Below are positions 32,701 through 40,170 of a DNA stretch of 57,367 bases, piece by piece. The position numbers and the translations under genes were made by a program. Where the stretch lies: positions 1 to 57,367 of the forward strand of contig CANGJU010000004.1 of NCBI GenBank assembly GCA_947453935.1, read 5' to 3'. The notes beneath the pieces are model-generated. The model was not told where the DNA came from. It was given only the letters and a program-made list of their open reading frames with translations, and did not search any database. The stretch comes from Bacteroidota bacterium. GTDB taxonomy: Bacteria > Bacteroidota > Bacteroidia > AKYH767-A > OLB10. Position 1 is the stretch's first letter; each line of letters begins with the position of its first letter.

Positions 32701-35700
32701 CTTATGCATGGTTACCCTTAGGAGGGAACAGCGCAACAGCAAATAATCTAACAGCTGGAAATTATTCGGTAAATGTAACAGATGCAAATGGTTGTACTTC
32801 GTCAGCATCAATTGTTATTTCGGAACCATCGGTTTTAAATTTATCAGCTAACAGTATTTCTGCAGCATGTGGTCAGTCGAATGGAAGTGCTACATTAAAT
32901 GTAACTGGCGGGGGAAGTAGTTATTCTTATTTATGGTCAGGTGGACAAACTACATCTTCAATATCTAATGTTCTTTCAGGGCCGTATTCAGTTACAGTGA
33001 CGGATGCTAACGGGTGTTCATCTTTAACATCTGTGAATGTTGGTAGCATTGGTGGTCCTTCTGTAGCAATAGCGAGTAGTACTAATGTTAGCTGCTTCGG
33101 CGGATCTAACGGTAGCGCACAGGTGAATGTAAATGCTGGTGTTAGTCCTTATGTATATTTATGGGTACCTTCTGGTGGAAATAGTGCTTTGGCAAATAAT
33201 CTGGCTGCTGGAAATTATACGGTGAATGTAACCGATGCTAATGGATGTACTACATCTGTTTCAGTAGTTATTGGACAACCATCACAAGTAAGCGTTACCA
33301 TTCCATCAACAACGAATGTTTTATGTAATGGCGCTGCAACAGGAAGTGCAACAGCGCTTGCATCAAATGGAACATCAGGATATACTTACCAATGGAATAC
33401 AGGTGCAACAAGTGCAACCATAAACAATCTAACGGCAGGCATATACACGGTAACTGCAACTGATGGTAACGGATGTACGATATCAACTACTGCAAGTATT
33501 ATTCAGCCGACACCATTGGTTGTTTCAATTCCATCAACCACGAATGTTCTTTGTTATGGAGGTGCTACAGGAACTGTAACTGCGCTTGCATCAAATGGAA
33601 CATCGGGATATTTATATCAATGGAATACAGGTGCAACAGGCGCAACGATTAATAATCTAACGGCAGGGACATATACTGTAACAGTAACTGATGCGAATGG
33701 ATGTACAATAACAACAAATGCAATTATAAGTCAACCGACACAATTGACTGTTTCGATTCCATCAACAACAAATGTACTTTGTAATGGTAATGCAACAGGA
33801 AGTGCAACAGCATTGGCAACGAATGGAACATCAGGATACACTTATCAATGGAATACGGGTGCAACAAACGCAACAATCAATAATCTAACGGTAGGGACAT
33901 ACACCGTTACTGCAACCGACGCGAACGGATGTACAACATCAACCACTGCATTTATAAGTCAGCCGACACAATTGACTGTTTCTATTCTATCAACAACGAA
34001 TGTTCTTTGTAATGGTGGACCATCAGGAAGTGCAACGGCTTCAGCATCGAATGGAACTTCAGGATATAATTATCTATGGAGTAACGGAACCACTTCATCA
34101 ATTGCGTTTGGTTTAATTGCTGGTATATACACGGTAACTGCAACCGATGCGAACGGATGTACGACAACAACTACTGCAAGTATTAGTCAACCAACACTAT
34201 TGACTGTTTCAATTCCATCAACAACAAATGTGCTTTGTAATGGTAATGCAACAGGAAGTGCCACGGCATTAGCTACGAATGGAACAGCGGGATATTCCTA
34301 TCAATGGAATAACGGAGCAATTACTGCAACAATCAATAATCTAACGGCAGGAATATACACTGTAACAGCAACGGATGCGAACGGATGTACATCTACAATA
34401 AATGCGAATATTACTCAACCATCAGCATTAGCATTAACAATTCCTTCCACAACAAATATTCTTTGTTATGGAGGCACGAACGGAACTGCGACGGCGTTAG
34501 CATCAAATGGAACGGCAGGTTATAACTATTTATGGAGTAACGGATCAACATCATCTACGAACAATAATTTAACAGCAGGTGTTTATACAGTAACTGCAAC
34601 GGATGCGAATGGTTGTTCTACATTTACATCAACAACAATTACACAGCCTAATCAATTAATAGCAGCGATTCCAAATACAACGAATGTTTTGTGTTATAGT
34701 GGTGCTACTGGTACGGCTACAGCTACTGCATCGAGTGGAACTGCAAATTATTCTTATCTATGGAGCAACGGTACAACAACAGCTTTAAATAGTAATTTGA
34801 CTTCCGGTAATTACACGGTGACAATTACTGATGCGAATGGATGTACTGCTACTGCAACAACTCTTATCAATACGCCAACAGTATTATCACTCTCTAATTT
34901 CAACTCTCAAGATGTTTCTTGTAATGGATTGTCTGATGGTGTTGCGTCGTTGTCTGCTACTGGCGGAACAATTCCTTATGTTTATTCTTGGAATCCTTCT
35001 GTTTCTAGTTCTGGATTCGCAGGTAGTTTAACAGTGGGTAATTATTCAGTTGTTGTTACAGATGCGAATGGTTGCTCTTCTAATCATGCATTTACCATCA
35101 CGCAGCCCTCTGCAATTGTTTCTAACGCAACAATTACAGATGCAAGTTGTCATGGAAGTACCAACGGTAGTATTGCTATGAATGTAAATGGTGGTATTTT
35201 TCCATATACGTATAATTGGTCAAATGGCTCAACACTTTCTTCTAGCACAGGATTAGCTACAGGAAATTATGCGGTAACAGTTACAGATGCTCATGGGTGT
35301 ACTAATCTTACAACTTGGTCGGTGAATGAGCCTGCTGCTTTAAGCTCAAACGTGACTAATAATGATGCGAGCTGTTACGGATTATCCGATGGGTCGATAC
35401 AGGTAAACATGAATGGGGGAACTCCTTCTTATCAAATTGTGTGGACGCCTTCTAATACTGGATTTAATTTAAGTAATCTTCAAGCAGGAACTTACATCGC
35501 AGTTATTACCGATGCGAACGGATGTACGCATGCATTGTCAAAATCAATCGCACAGCCTTCACAAATTGTGGTTAATGCATCAACTCCTACAACACTTTGC
35601 ATTGGTCAATCGCAAACGTTAAGTTTAATAGCGAGTGGTGGTAGTCCTGGTTATACTTACTTATGGAGTAATCAACAAACAACTCCATCAATAAATGTTT

Positions 35701-36806
35701 CGCCTGCTGTAACAACAAATTACTCGGTAGTGGTTACAGATGTAAATGGTTGTACGACTTCGTTAAACAATCTTCTTGTTAACGTGCATCCTCCATTGCA
35801 ATTAAACATTGCAGCGAATAATGATACGATTTGCTTAGGACAAAGTGTTTCATTGTCAGCTAATGCATCTGGTGGTAACGGTGGTCCATATACGTACAAT
35901 TGGAATAACGGTATTAATACAACATCGCAGATGATTACTCCTTCAACAACAGGAGTTTATTCTGTAAGCGTTAGTGATGGATGTACAACTCCTAATGCGC
36001 AACAATCATTAACTGTTGTTGTGAATCCAATTCCAACACCTGCATTTACACCTGGAAATATTCAAGGGTGTAGTCCTGTAAGCGCAACGTTCAATCTATC
36101 ATCTGCTTCAGGTTCTGGTAATACATACTTATGGTCGTTTGGTGATAACACAACATCAACAAGTGCAAATCCAACACATCAATATTCGGGTGCAGGTTCG
36201 TATAATGTTACATTAACCGTTACCAATCAGTATGGTTGCACAGGCTCTGTAACTAATAATAATGTGGTGAATGTTTTTGCTCTGCCAATTGCTAAGTTTA
36301 CTCCTGATCCAAGCGAGACACAATTGTTGACAGCCAATATTAATTTCAATAATTATAGTGTTGGGGCTGCTTATTACAACTGGAATTTTGGCGATAATGC
36401 CACATCTACTGATTTTAGTCCTTCGCATATTTATGGCGATACTGGACTTTATGAAGTTCGATTAATTGCATCTTCGTTACAACAATGCCGTGATACAGCT
36501 TATGAATATGTGCATGTCGTAGGTAGCTTTACTTTCTGGTGCCCAAATGCGTTTTCTCCGAATGATGATTTGAAAAATGATGGGTTTACCGGATATGGGG
36601 TAGGCATTAAATCCGCAACCTTCGTGATCTTTAATCGTTGGGGTGAAAAGATTTACACTTCGGACAATTTAGCAAATCCTTGGGATGGAACCTTCTGGAA
36701 TAAGGGTGATAAATGTCCCGAAGATGTCTACGTTTATTTGTTTGATGTGGTCTCTGAAGACAACGAGCATCATAAATATACAGGCAGAGTATCTTTGATT
36801 AAATAA
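20748..36806 (+). CDS. Giant SprB-like surface adhesin (5352 aa): Cys-rich N-terminal domains, proprotein-convertase P-domain, about 50 SprB repeats, PKD domains, type B T9SS (gliding-motility-associated) CTD
   Basis: Signal peptide (VFAQ); repeated NVLCNG...YTYxW...GTYTVTATDANGC units; P-domain (IQHSWVTDLDIYLQAPNG...INGSWCLWV); PKD WSFGD/WNFGD; C-terminal PNAFSPNDDLKND...IFNRWGEKIY..WDG...YTGRVSLIK. Confidence 0.95.
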   Translation: MKIRLLFNILFSLFVSSAVFAQAPVNDDPCNATPLTASTGCNYVTGTNLNATATAGVPAPGCANYVGGDVWFSVTVPASGSLIFDSNTGVVTDGGMAIYSGTCSNLTLISCNDDGSANGLMPSISANGLTPGSTIYIRFWEYGNDNNGDFSICVEQITPCATVSTNSSCVSADPFCTGTSYNYCNTVNVPSLGGGGIYGCCGSTPNPAFYFMNIQTSGSVVFNISQTSNAGLGIDVDFVLWGPFASQAAMCAGLAAGNIIDCSFSIAAVETATISNAIAGQWYMILITNYSNQPGNIQFNQTNTGNANAGSTNCNILTAIPSPCSNGLYTLAGSVEVPAPPTTGTLTVSSSCGGSVVFNAPFVTPISYSIPNICATGDTCTATAVFSAAGAPTILPTSFLASSCNSLTAVPSVCTGNGYSVSGIMTAYCLPVTGTLTFTSSCGGSVTYNAPFSSPFSYTIPNMCANGGNCTITAAFSAANAPVIPNASYSAPVCNSLTATPGICTGGQYIMSGVLINNGCIPATGTLTIASSCGGSVVYNAPFTSPLNWSLPASNGNGGNCTITAVYSAAGAPLITSVVVAEPQCCNANAGTIDVTVNGGTITSTGNATQVVLCSGGSVSLISNDDYILPPAFDPGWDDSELFYAIYVSPGPTVPDPDLDPNWTGYYWTGEDFFNNAYATSTGGCSPLLSLPAVPGYASPSSPTNTLVFVPITADDSDNGLDWDGVVAHDQNGDGCFDIGDPISITFLNPIELSSSVSCAGTVSIQINGGNPQFFNNSYTISNTGAGTLSSTTATAGGVVSISGLTSGQTYSVSVTDATGCTPTIISGVYQGPPTVNLTANPATICLGECSSLNATVSSGLSPGNKTIKSTECAIIKDAGISAVNGSPIVNTGNWAHTCIDVTGVCDDVWNTGEFLSVQLNIQHSWVTDLDIYLQAPNGVFYLLSQDNGGGNSNYTNTIFTATAATSINAGTAPFTGSFRPQGAGGNFNALNGTTINGSWCLWVGDDGAIDQGSIVNWSITFANQNSYTYSWSPTIGLSSTTVLNPLACPTVSTSYTLTVTNSCGCTTTASVPVIISPPITPTFNTIGPICSGALVPSLPTTSTNGIIGTWSPNTINNTASASYTFSPSAGQCADTITISVVIDNAPTLSSIITKPLCLGNTNGAIDLTVNGGTGPFAYQWSNGSTNQDLSSLAVGTYTVTVSSANGCTAVLSNVVAAPLAVVASIASTSNINCFGQSTGGVTASGSGGTSPYTYLWSTGATTNVISNLPAGVYTITVTDANGCTNNTNVSATLLQQPQLTVNIPIVTNVSCFGGNNGSITASPTGGTAGYTYSWSNGATGPTTSGLTIGSYTVTVTDSRGCTNTASTTIAQPPQLVISIPSTTNVLCNGGATGIATALATSGTPVYTYLWSNGGSTATVNNLTAGTYVVTATDANGCTISTSATITQPPLLTATIPITTNVLCNGGSTGSATVSTNGGTTGYTYLWNTGSISSSISNLTAGTYTVTAMDVNGCTSSASTNISQPTLLVVSIPSTTNILCNGGATGIAIANASNGTPIYSYAWSTGATTSTISNLQVGTYTVTVTDANGCTNSTSTTLSQPAAIALTPSSTTSTCGQANGSAGVSVSGGVSSYSYLWSSGQTTAAINNVASGGYVVTVTDANGCTSSTTANVGSIGGPTVTLTNSSNVSCFGGTNGSAQVNVSSGTGPFIYNWLPFGGGSNTASNLSAGSYSVNVTDGNGCTSSVSVVISQPAQLALSIPTTSNVLCNGGSTGSATALASNGTIGYSYLWNNGSTSATNNNLTAGTYTVTATDGNGCTISTTASIAQPSALTIAIPSTTNVLCNGGATGSATALASNGSVGYTYQWNTGATTSTINNLLAGTYTVTATDANGCTTSTAALVTQPSALTLSIPSTTNVLCNGGATGSATAIAANGSPVYTYLWSNGGSTATLNNLTAGVYAITATDANGCTTSTTASITQPSALTIAIPSTTNVLCNGGATGSATAMAANGSPVYTYLWSNGGNAATANNLTAGAYVVTATDANGCTTSTTATITQPSQLTLSILSTTNVLCNGAANGSITSLATNGTIGYNYNWSTGATSATVSNLTAGTYTVTATDGNGCTASTTAIVSQPTALAISIPSTTNVLCNGGATGNVTALASNGSVGYTYQWNTGATTSTINNLIAGVYTVTATDANGCTTSTTALVTQPSALTLSIPSTTNVLCNGGATGSATALAANGTPVYTYLWSNGGSTATVNSLTAGVYAITATDANGCTTSTTATISQPIPLTLSIPSTSNVLCNGGATGSASVSASGGAGSYTYLWSTGSTTSSVSNLAAGTYTVTATDANGCTTSTTAIITQPSLLTLSIPSTTNVLCNGESTGSATALAASGSPGYTYQWNTGATTSALNSLTVGIYTVTATDANGCTSAVSVTITQPSAIVLSTGNNPTLCGQANGSANVSAVGGNPAYTYSWSSGQTTSSISNIVSGGYVVTVTDGNGCTISTSVNVGSIGGPTVAITTSSDVSCFGGSNGSAQVNVSLGTGPFNYSWLPSGGTGVTASNLSAGSYTVNVTDNNGCTSSASVLISEPSLLTVSIPVTTNVLCNGGATGSATALASNGTAGYTYQWNTGSTSAIINNLIAGIYTVTTTDGNGCTTSATASIAQPSALVLAISSTTNVLCNGGSAGSATALASNGTAGYTYQWNTGATTSVINNLTAGTYTVTATDANGCTTSTSTIITQPSALSLAIPAMTNVLCNGGNTGGATALASNGTAGYTYQWNTGATTSVINNLTAGIYTVTATDANGCTTSATATISQPTLLTLSIPSTSNVLCNGGNTGSATALASDGTAGYTYSWSNGSTNAINNNLTAGTYTVTATDANGCTISTTTNIIQPSALTLSIPAITNVICNGGATGSVTALASNGSAGYTYIWSNGSTTAINNNLTAGTYTITATDANGCTTSTTANIAQPSALALAISSTTNVLCNGGNTGSAIALASNGTAGYSYLWSNGSTNAINNTLTVGTYTVTATDANGCTTSTTASIIQPSALSIAIPAVTNVLCNGGNTGSATALASNGTSGYTYQWNTGVTTAAVNNLTAGIYTVTATDVNGCSISTTTNITQPSVLTVSIPTTTNVLCNGGTTGSATALAANGTSGYTYQWNTGVTTAINNNLAAGTYTVTATDANGCTTSTTATISQPTLLTISIPSTTNVLCNGNATGSVTALAANGTSGYTYQWNTGATTPTMNNLTAGTYTVTATDANGCTVSLSALISQPTAISLSSNSSSTLCGQLNGSASVVAIGGSGAYSYLWSGGQTTPSINNVASGGYVITVTDANGCTISTSVNIGSIGGPTVAIANSSNVSCFGGTNGDAQVNVSAGQGPFTYSWLPSGGNGLSATNLSAGNYTINVTDINGCTSSATVVISQPTQLSISIPSFSNVLCNGGSTGSATALATNGTSGYSYLWSNGSTTLTINNLSAGTYTVTVTDGNGCSASSSAIITQPSLLTVAIPSATNVLCNGAASGSITALASNGTSGYSYLWSNGGNNSVVNNLTAGVYVVTATDVNGCTASASATITQPSIINIQTNSAASTCGLLNGSAGVNVSGGTSGYTFQWSNGQTSSTINNLATGFYTVTVTDANTCTASVIINVGNIGGPSVAIASYSNVGCFGDATGTAQVNISSGTAPYTYNWLPTGGSASSTSNLTAGNYSVVVTDANGCTTSTSLIITEPSALGIQTSTISSACGQLNGGASVIVSGGVAGYNYQWSNGQTTSAINNVAAGGYTVTVIDGNGCTSTTAVNIGTIGGPTVAIANSANVTCFGGSNGSAQVNVSAGVAPFTYAWTPSGGSNLAATNLTAGNYTVSVTDANGCSNSVSVNITESASINLSTSSVSSSCGQLNGSATVSANGGSGALSYLWNGGQTTNSVNNIASGSYSVTVTDANGCTNSTTVNIGNIGGPTVAISNSTNVNCFGGTNGSAQANVSSGSAPFTYAWLPLGGNSATANNLTAGNYSVNVTDANGCTSSASIVISEPSVLNLSANSISAACGQSNGSATLNVTGGGSSYSYLWSGGQTTSSISNVLSGPYSVTVTDANGCSSLTSVNVGSIGGPSVAIASSTNVSCFGGSNGSAQVNVNAGVSPYVYLWVPSGGNSALANNLAAGNYTVNVTDANGCTTSVSVVIGQPSQVSVTIPSTTNVLCNGAATGSATALASNGTSGYTYQWNTGATSATINNLTAGIYTVTATDGNGCTISTTASIIQPTPLVVSIPSTTNVLCYGGATGTVTALASNGTSGYLYQWNTGATGATINNLTAGTYTVTVTDANGCTITTNAIISQPTQLTVSIPSTTNVLCNGNATGSATALATNGTSGYTYQWNTGATNATINNLTVGTYTVTATDANGCTTSTTAFISQPTQLTVSILSTTNVLCNGGPSGSATASASNGTSGYNYLWSNGTTSSIAFGLIAGIYTVTATDANGCTTTTTASISQPTLLTVSIPSTTNVLCNGNATGSATALATNGTAGYSYQWNNGAITATINNLTAGIYTVTATDANGCTSTINANITQPSALALTIPSTTNILCYGGTNGTATALASNGTAGYNYLWSNGSTSSTNNNLTAGVYTVTATDANGCSTFTSTTITQPNQLIAAIPNTTNVLCYSGATGTATATASSGTANYSYLWSNGTTTALNSNLTSGNYTVTITDANGCTATATTLINTPTVLSLSNFNSQDVSCNGLSDGVASLSATGGTIPYVYSWNPSVSSSGFAGSLTVGNYSVVVTDANGCSSNHAFTITQPSAIVSNATITDASCHGSTNGSIAMNVNGGIFPYTYNWSNGSTLSSSTGLATGNYAVTVTDAHGCTNLTTWSVNEPAALSSNVTNNDASCYGLSDGSIQVNMNGGTPSYQIVWTPSNTGFNLSNLQAGTYIAVITDANGCTHALSKSIAQPSQIVVNASTPTTLCIGQSQTLSLIASGGSPGYTYLWSNQQTTPSINVSPAVTTNYSVVVTDVNGCTTSLNNLLVNVHPPLQLNIAANNDTICLGQSVSLSANASGGNGGPYTYNWNNGINTTSQMITPSTTGVYSVSVSDGCTTPNAQQSLTVVVNPIPTPAFTPGNIQGCSPVSATFNLSSASGSGNTYLWSFGDNTTSTSANPTHQYSGAGSYNVTLTVTNQYGCTGSVTNNNVVNVFALPIAKFTPDPSETQLLTANINFNNYSVGAAYYNWNFGDNATSTDFSPSHIYGDTGLYEVRLIASSLQQCRDTAYEYVHVVGSFTFWCPNAFSPNDDLKNDGFTGYGVGIKSATFVIFNRWGEKIYTSDNLANPWDGTFWNKGDKCPEDVYVYLFDVVSEDNEHHKYTGRVSLIK
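21687..22500 (+). repeat. Three tandem 90-aa (270-nt) Cys-rich repeats in the adhesin N-terminal region
   Basis: CNxLTAxP.C...TGTLT..SSCGGSV.(F/Y)NAPF...CT.TA.(F/Y)SAA.AP starting at 21687, 21957 and 22227. Confidence 0.85.
24183..35561 (+). repeat. About 50 intragenic SprB-type repeats of about 75-76 aa
   Basis: Counted from the translation; each unit has 2 Cys, one Trp and a TDANGC-like motif. Confidence 0.9.
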
Positions 36807-36839
36807 TTTACGGCGTATGTATTAACTTCGCATTTAATT

Positions 36840-37298
36840 ATGCAAGTAGATACTAAACAAATTAACGCTTATATCGACACCTTAGATGCAGATAGAGCGG
36901 CAGTAGTTTTAAAGCTATTTAACACCATTAAGAAAGCCCTGCCAAAAGGGTTTGAAGCAACTATTTCCTATGGTATGATTGGATTTGTTGTGCCTTTCGA
37001 TTTATATCCCAAAGGGTATCACTGTAAGCCTTCTTTACAACTGCCATTTATCAATTTAGCTTCGCAGAAAAATTTTGTGGCTATTTATCATATGGGTATT
37101 TATGCTAAGCCAGATTTGATGGATTGGTTCGTGAAGAGTTATGCTGCTCTTGGAATTGGAAAGTTAGATATGGGTAAGAGCTGTATCCGATTTAAAAAAA
37201 TGGAGTCAATCCCTTATGATTTAATTGCGGAGCTATGTTCAAAAATGAGTCCGCAGGATTGGATTACTTGCTATGAATCCGCATTTATAAAAAAATAA
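36840..37298 (+). CDS. DUF1801 (YdhG-like) domain protein
   Basis: LPKGFEATISYGMIGFVVP..YPKGYHC..LPFINLASQKN, LDMGKSCIRFKK; TAACTTCG promoter-like element at 36823. Confidence 0.85.
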   Translation: MQVDTKQINAYIDTLDADRAAVVLKLFNTIKKALPKGFEATISYGMIGFVVPFDLYPKGYHCKPSLQLPFINLASQKNFVAIYHMGIYAKPDLMDWFVKSYAALGIGKLDMGKSCIRFKKMESIPYDLIAELCSKMSPQDWITCYESAFIKK

Positions 37299-37309
37299 AA
37301 TTAATCAAC

Positions 37310-38203
37310 GTGGCTATTAAAAAACTAATTAAATACGGAGCAATTGTTCCCTCTGCATTATCGGGTAATACAACTCCTGAAAGTGAATTTTTATTGCAAG
37401 AAATTGAGTACGATGAAAAAGGAAATGTACTTGTCGATTCCAAATATAATTCGGATGGTGAATTAGAAGAACGTCATTCTTATAAAATAAATCAACATGG
37501 ATCTATTCTTTCTCATACTGTTGAAATGCCGTTGGATGAAGTTATAGAGCGGTTTAATTACGATAGAAATGAAAGTGATCAGCTAAGGTCCGTTACTAAG
37601 TATTACGGCGAAGAAGCAGGTGAGCTCACGGAGTATTTGTATAATGAAAATAATCTTCCGGTTACAATCATTTATTACGATGCTGATGGTGAAAAAGAAT
37701 TGACAGAAAATTATACGTATAATGATCAGAAAGAAGTCGTAAAAAAAGTAATCGACCATCATACTGATGAAGCGCAAAGCAAAACGTATTTGTATGAATA
37801 CAACGATAAAGGATTATTAATGCGTTATATTGTAGAAGGTGAGAACGATAAAACAATTACAGAATACTTGTATAATTCTCATGGTTTAGAAGAGAATTGT
37901 ATTCAGAATAATTCGAATGGTAAGAAGTTGCTCGAAATTATTTCTGAATACGATAAGAATCTTCGATTGGTTAAACGTTCTACAAAGGGGTATTACATAC
38001 GTATCACTACGATCGCATATGATGATCAAGGTCGCGTGATTGAAGAGCAATTAGCAGATGAAAATAATTTTGTTATTGCCCGCAACGCTTTTGAATATAC
38101 TGATGACGGACGTATTTCCGAAGAAGTTGTTTATGAAACTGATTTAACTCGTGCAGGACGTGATACACACATGATCATGCGTTACGAATATGAATTATAC
38201 TAA
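37310..38203 (+). CDS. Hypothetical acidic protein with YD/RHS-like beta-hairpin repeats
   Basis: Recurrent EYDEKGN / YNSDGE / YDADGE / YNDKG / YDDQGR motifs; GTG start. Confidence 0.75.
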   Translation: MAIKKLIKYGAIVPSALSGNTTPESEFLLQEIEYDEKGNVLVDSKYNSDGELEERHSYKINQHGSILSHTVEMPLDEVIERFNYDRNESDQLRSVTKYYGEEAGELTEYLYNENNLPVTIIYYDADGEKELTENYTYNDQKEVVKKVIDHHTDEAQSKTYLYEYNDKGLLMRYIVEGENDKTITEYLYNSHGLEENCIQNNSNGKKLLEIISEYDKNLRLVKRSTKGYYIRITTIAYDDQGRVIEEQLADENNFVIARNAFEYTDDGRISEEVVYETDLTRAGRDTHMIMRYEYELY

Positions 38204-38250
38204 CAACAAAACATTTTCAAAGAGTTCATTGTTGTAAAGAAAAAATAAAA

Positions 38251-40170
38251 ATGGCGTTTAAAGATCTATCAGCATTTATATCCTATCTGGAATCGAAAGG
38301 CGAATTAGTGCGCATAAAAGAATATGTCAATCCCGAATTAGAAATTGCAGAAATAACAGACCGCGTTTCTAAAGTATATGGTCCTGCGTTGTTGTTTGAA
38401 AATACAGGCTACGATTTTCCGGTATTGATTAATTCAATGGGAACAGAAAAGCGTATGGCAATGTCCTTAGGCGTAGATACTTTAGATGAGATAGGACATG
38501 ATATCGAGAATTTATTCAAGACGTTAACTGGGCCAAAGAACTCTATGTTCGAGAAGCTAAAAGTTATTCCTCAGCTCGGAGAAATTGCTTCATGGATGCC
38601 AAAGAACATTAAAGGAAAGGGTGCATGTCAAGAGGTAGTAATGAAAGATCCAGATGTAACCAAATTGCCAGTCCTTAAATGTTGGCCAGAAGATGGTGGT
38701 CCTTTTATCACTCTGCCTGTGATACAAACAAAAGACCCTCTTACAGGAATTCGTAATGTGGGATTGTATCGTATGCAGGTTTTTGGTCCTACGCTTACCG
38801 GTATGCACTGGCATCGACATAAAGTTTCTGCACGTCATTTTAATGAGTATAAAAAATTAGGAAAGCGTATGCCCGTAGCCGTTACTATCGGTGGAGATCC
38901 TGCCTTAACCTATTCTGCTACTGCGCCACTTCCTGATGGAGTAGATGAGTTTATGCTTGCAGGATTTTTACGCAAGAAAAAAGTAGAGCTGGTAAAATGT
39001 TTAACCATTGATATGGAAGTGCCTGCTGATGCAGACTTTGTAATCGAAGGTTATGTTGATCCAGAAGAGGATTTTATCTGGGAAGGACCGTTTGGTGATC
39101 ATACGGGTTATTATTCACTCGCAGATTATTATCCTCGTTTTCACATCACAGCAATCACCCATAAAAAGAATCCTGTTTACTTAACTACCATTGTAGGAAT
39201 TCCTCCGCAAGAAGATGCTTGGATTGGTAAAGCAACTGAACGTATTTTCTTAGCACCAATCAAGATGACATCAGTGCAGGAAATAGTAGATATGATTCTT
39301 CCTGTTGAAGGTGTGTTTCATAATCTGGTGATCGTAAAAATTAAAAAGGATTATCCTGGTCAGGCATTAAAAGTCATGAATGCATTGTGGGGCGCAGGAC
39401 AAATGATGTTTACCAAAATGATGATTGTAGTAGATGGTGATGTGAATATTCATAATACCTTGGAAGTTGCTAAATACATTGCTGAAAATGTGGATGTAGC
39501 TCGCGATATTATCTTTAATCAAGGTCCTACAGATGTACTCGATCATAGTTGTTCAACAATGGCGTTTGGAGGAAAGATGGGAATTGATGCGACGAAGAAA
39601 TTGAAGGAAGAGTTGATGGATTCTAATAATCCTACTCACGTTCATCATTTTTCAAATAACGAATTAGAAGCTATTTCATCTGAACTTCAAAAGCATAGCG
39701 AAATCATTCATATCAATAGTTCTTTATTGCAAGCTGGCATTCCTTTGCTGTTTGTTTCTATCGAGAAAAATAGAAAAGGACATGTGAAAGAGATGGCGAA
39801 GATTTTATTTAAGTCGGAAGCTTTAAAGCAAGTTAAAGTGTTGATTTTCCTCGAAGCGAATATGGATATTTCTAGTGTAGCTGATGCTGTATGGCGTTTC
39901 TCAAATAATGTAGATCCAAAGCGTGATCACAAAGTAATTGAAGCGGAAACTGCTGATGAAGTGAATCATATTGTTTTTGATGGAACCCGCAAAACAAAAG
40001 AGTTTGATGGTTTCGAACGCGACTGGCCGAATATCCTTGCTGCTGATGAAGCAACTGCAAAACACGTCGACGAGATTTGGTCACGGTTAGGGCTAGGTGC
40101 TTTTATTCCTTCTCCTTCGGAACGCTATCGTAAGCAGCTTTATAAAGGTGGAGCTGTTGCGGAAAATTAA
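38251..40170 (+). CDS. UbiD-family decarboxylase, menaquinone (futalosine pathway, MqnL-like)
   Basis: CWPEDGGPFIT, RNVGLYRMQ, EGPFGDHTGYY, VGIPPQED, GPTDVLDH; duplicated C-terminal segment; mqnD lies nearby. Confidence 0.88.
   Translation: MAFKDLSAFISYLESKGELVRIKEYVNPELEIAEITDRVSKVYGPALLFENTGYDFPVLINSMGTEKRMAMSLGVDTLDEIGHDIENLFKTLTGPKNSMFEKLKVIPQLGEIASWMPKNIKGKGACQEVVMKDPDVTKLPVLKCWPEDGGPFITLPVIQTKDPLTGIRNVGLYRMQVFGPTLTGMHWHRHKVSARHFNEYKKLGKRMPVAVTIGGDPALTYSATAPLPDGVDEFMLAGFLRKKKVELVKCLTIDMEVPADADFVIEGYVDPEEDFIWEGPFGDHTGYYSLADYYPRFHITAITHKKNPVYLTTIVGIPPQEDAWIGKATERIFLAPIKMTSVQEIVDMILPVEGVFHNLVIVKIKKDYPGQALKVMNALWGAGQMMFTKMMIVVDGDVNIHNTLEVAKYIAENVDVARDIIFNQGPTDVLDHSCSTMAFGGKMGIDATKKLKEELMDSNNPTHVHHFSNNELEAISSELQKHSEIIHINSSLLQAGIPLLFVSIEKNRKGHVKEMAKILFKSEALKQVKVLIFLEANMDISSVADAVWRFSNNVDPKRDHKVIEAETADEVNHIVFDGTRKTKEFDGFERDWPNILAADEATAKHVDEIWSRLGLGAFIPSPSERYRKQLYKGGAVAEN

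Noticed and set aside
24183-35561. Diversity-generating retroelement or shufflon in the adhesin repeats
   Set aside because: No reverse transcriptase or invertase; differences between units are not adenine-specific and all units are in one frame and orientation
19569-36839. Integrated genomic island at tRNA-Leu carrying the adhesin
   Set aside because: No integrase, and I found no distal copy of the tRNA 3' end that could act as the other att site
37310-38203. RHS toxin or contact-dependent inhibition locus
   Set aside because: Too short, with no RHS core terminus, toxin domain, immunity gene or VgrG/PAAR
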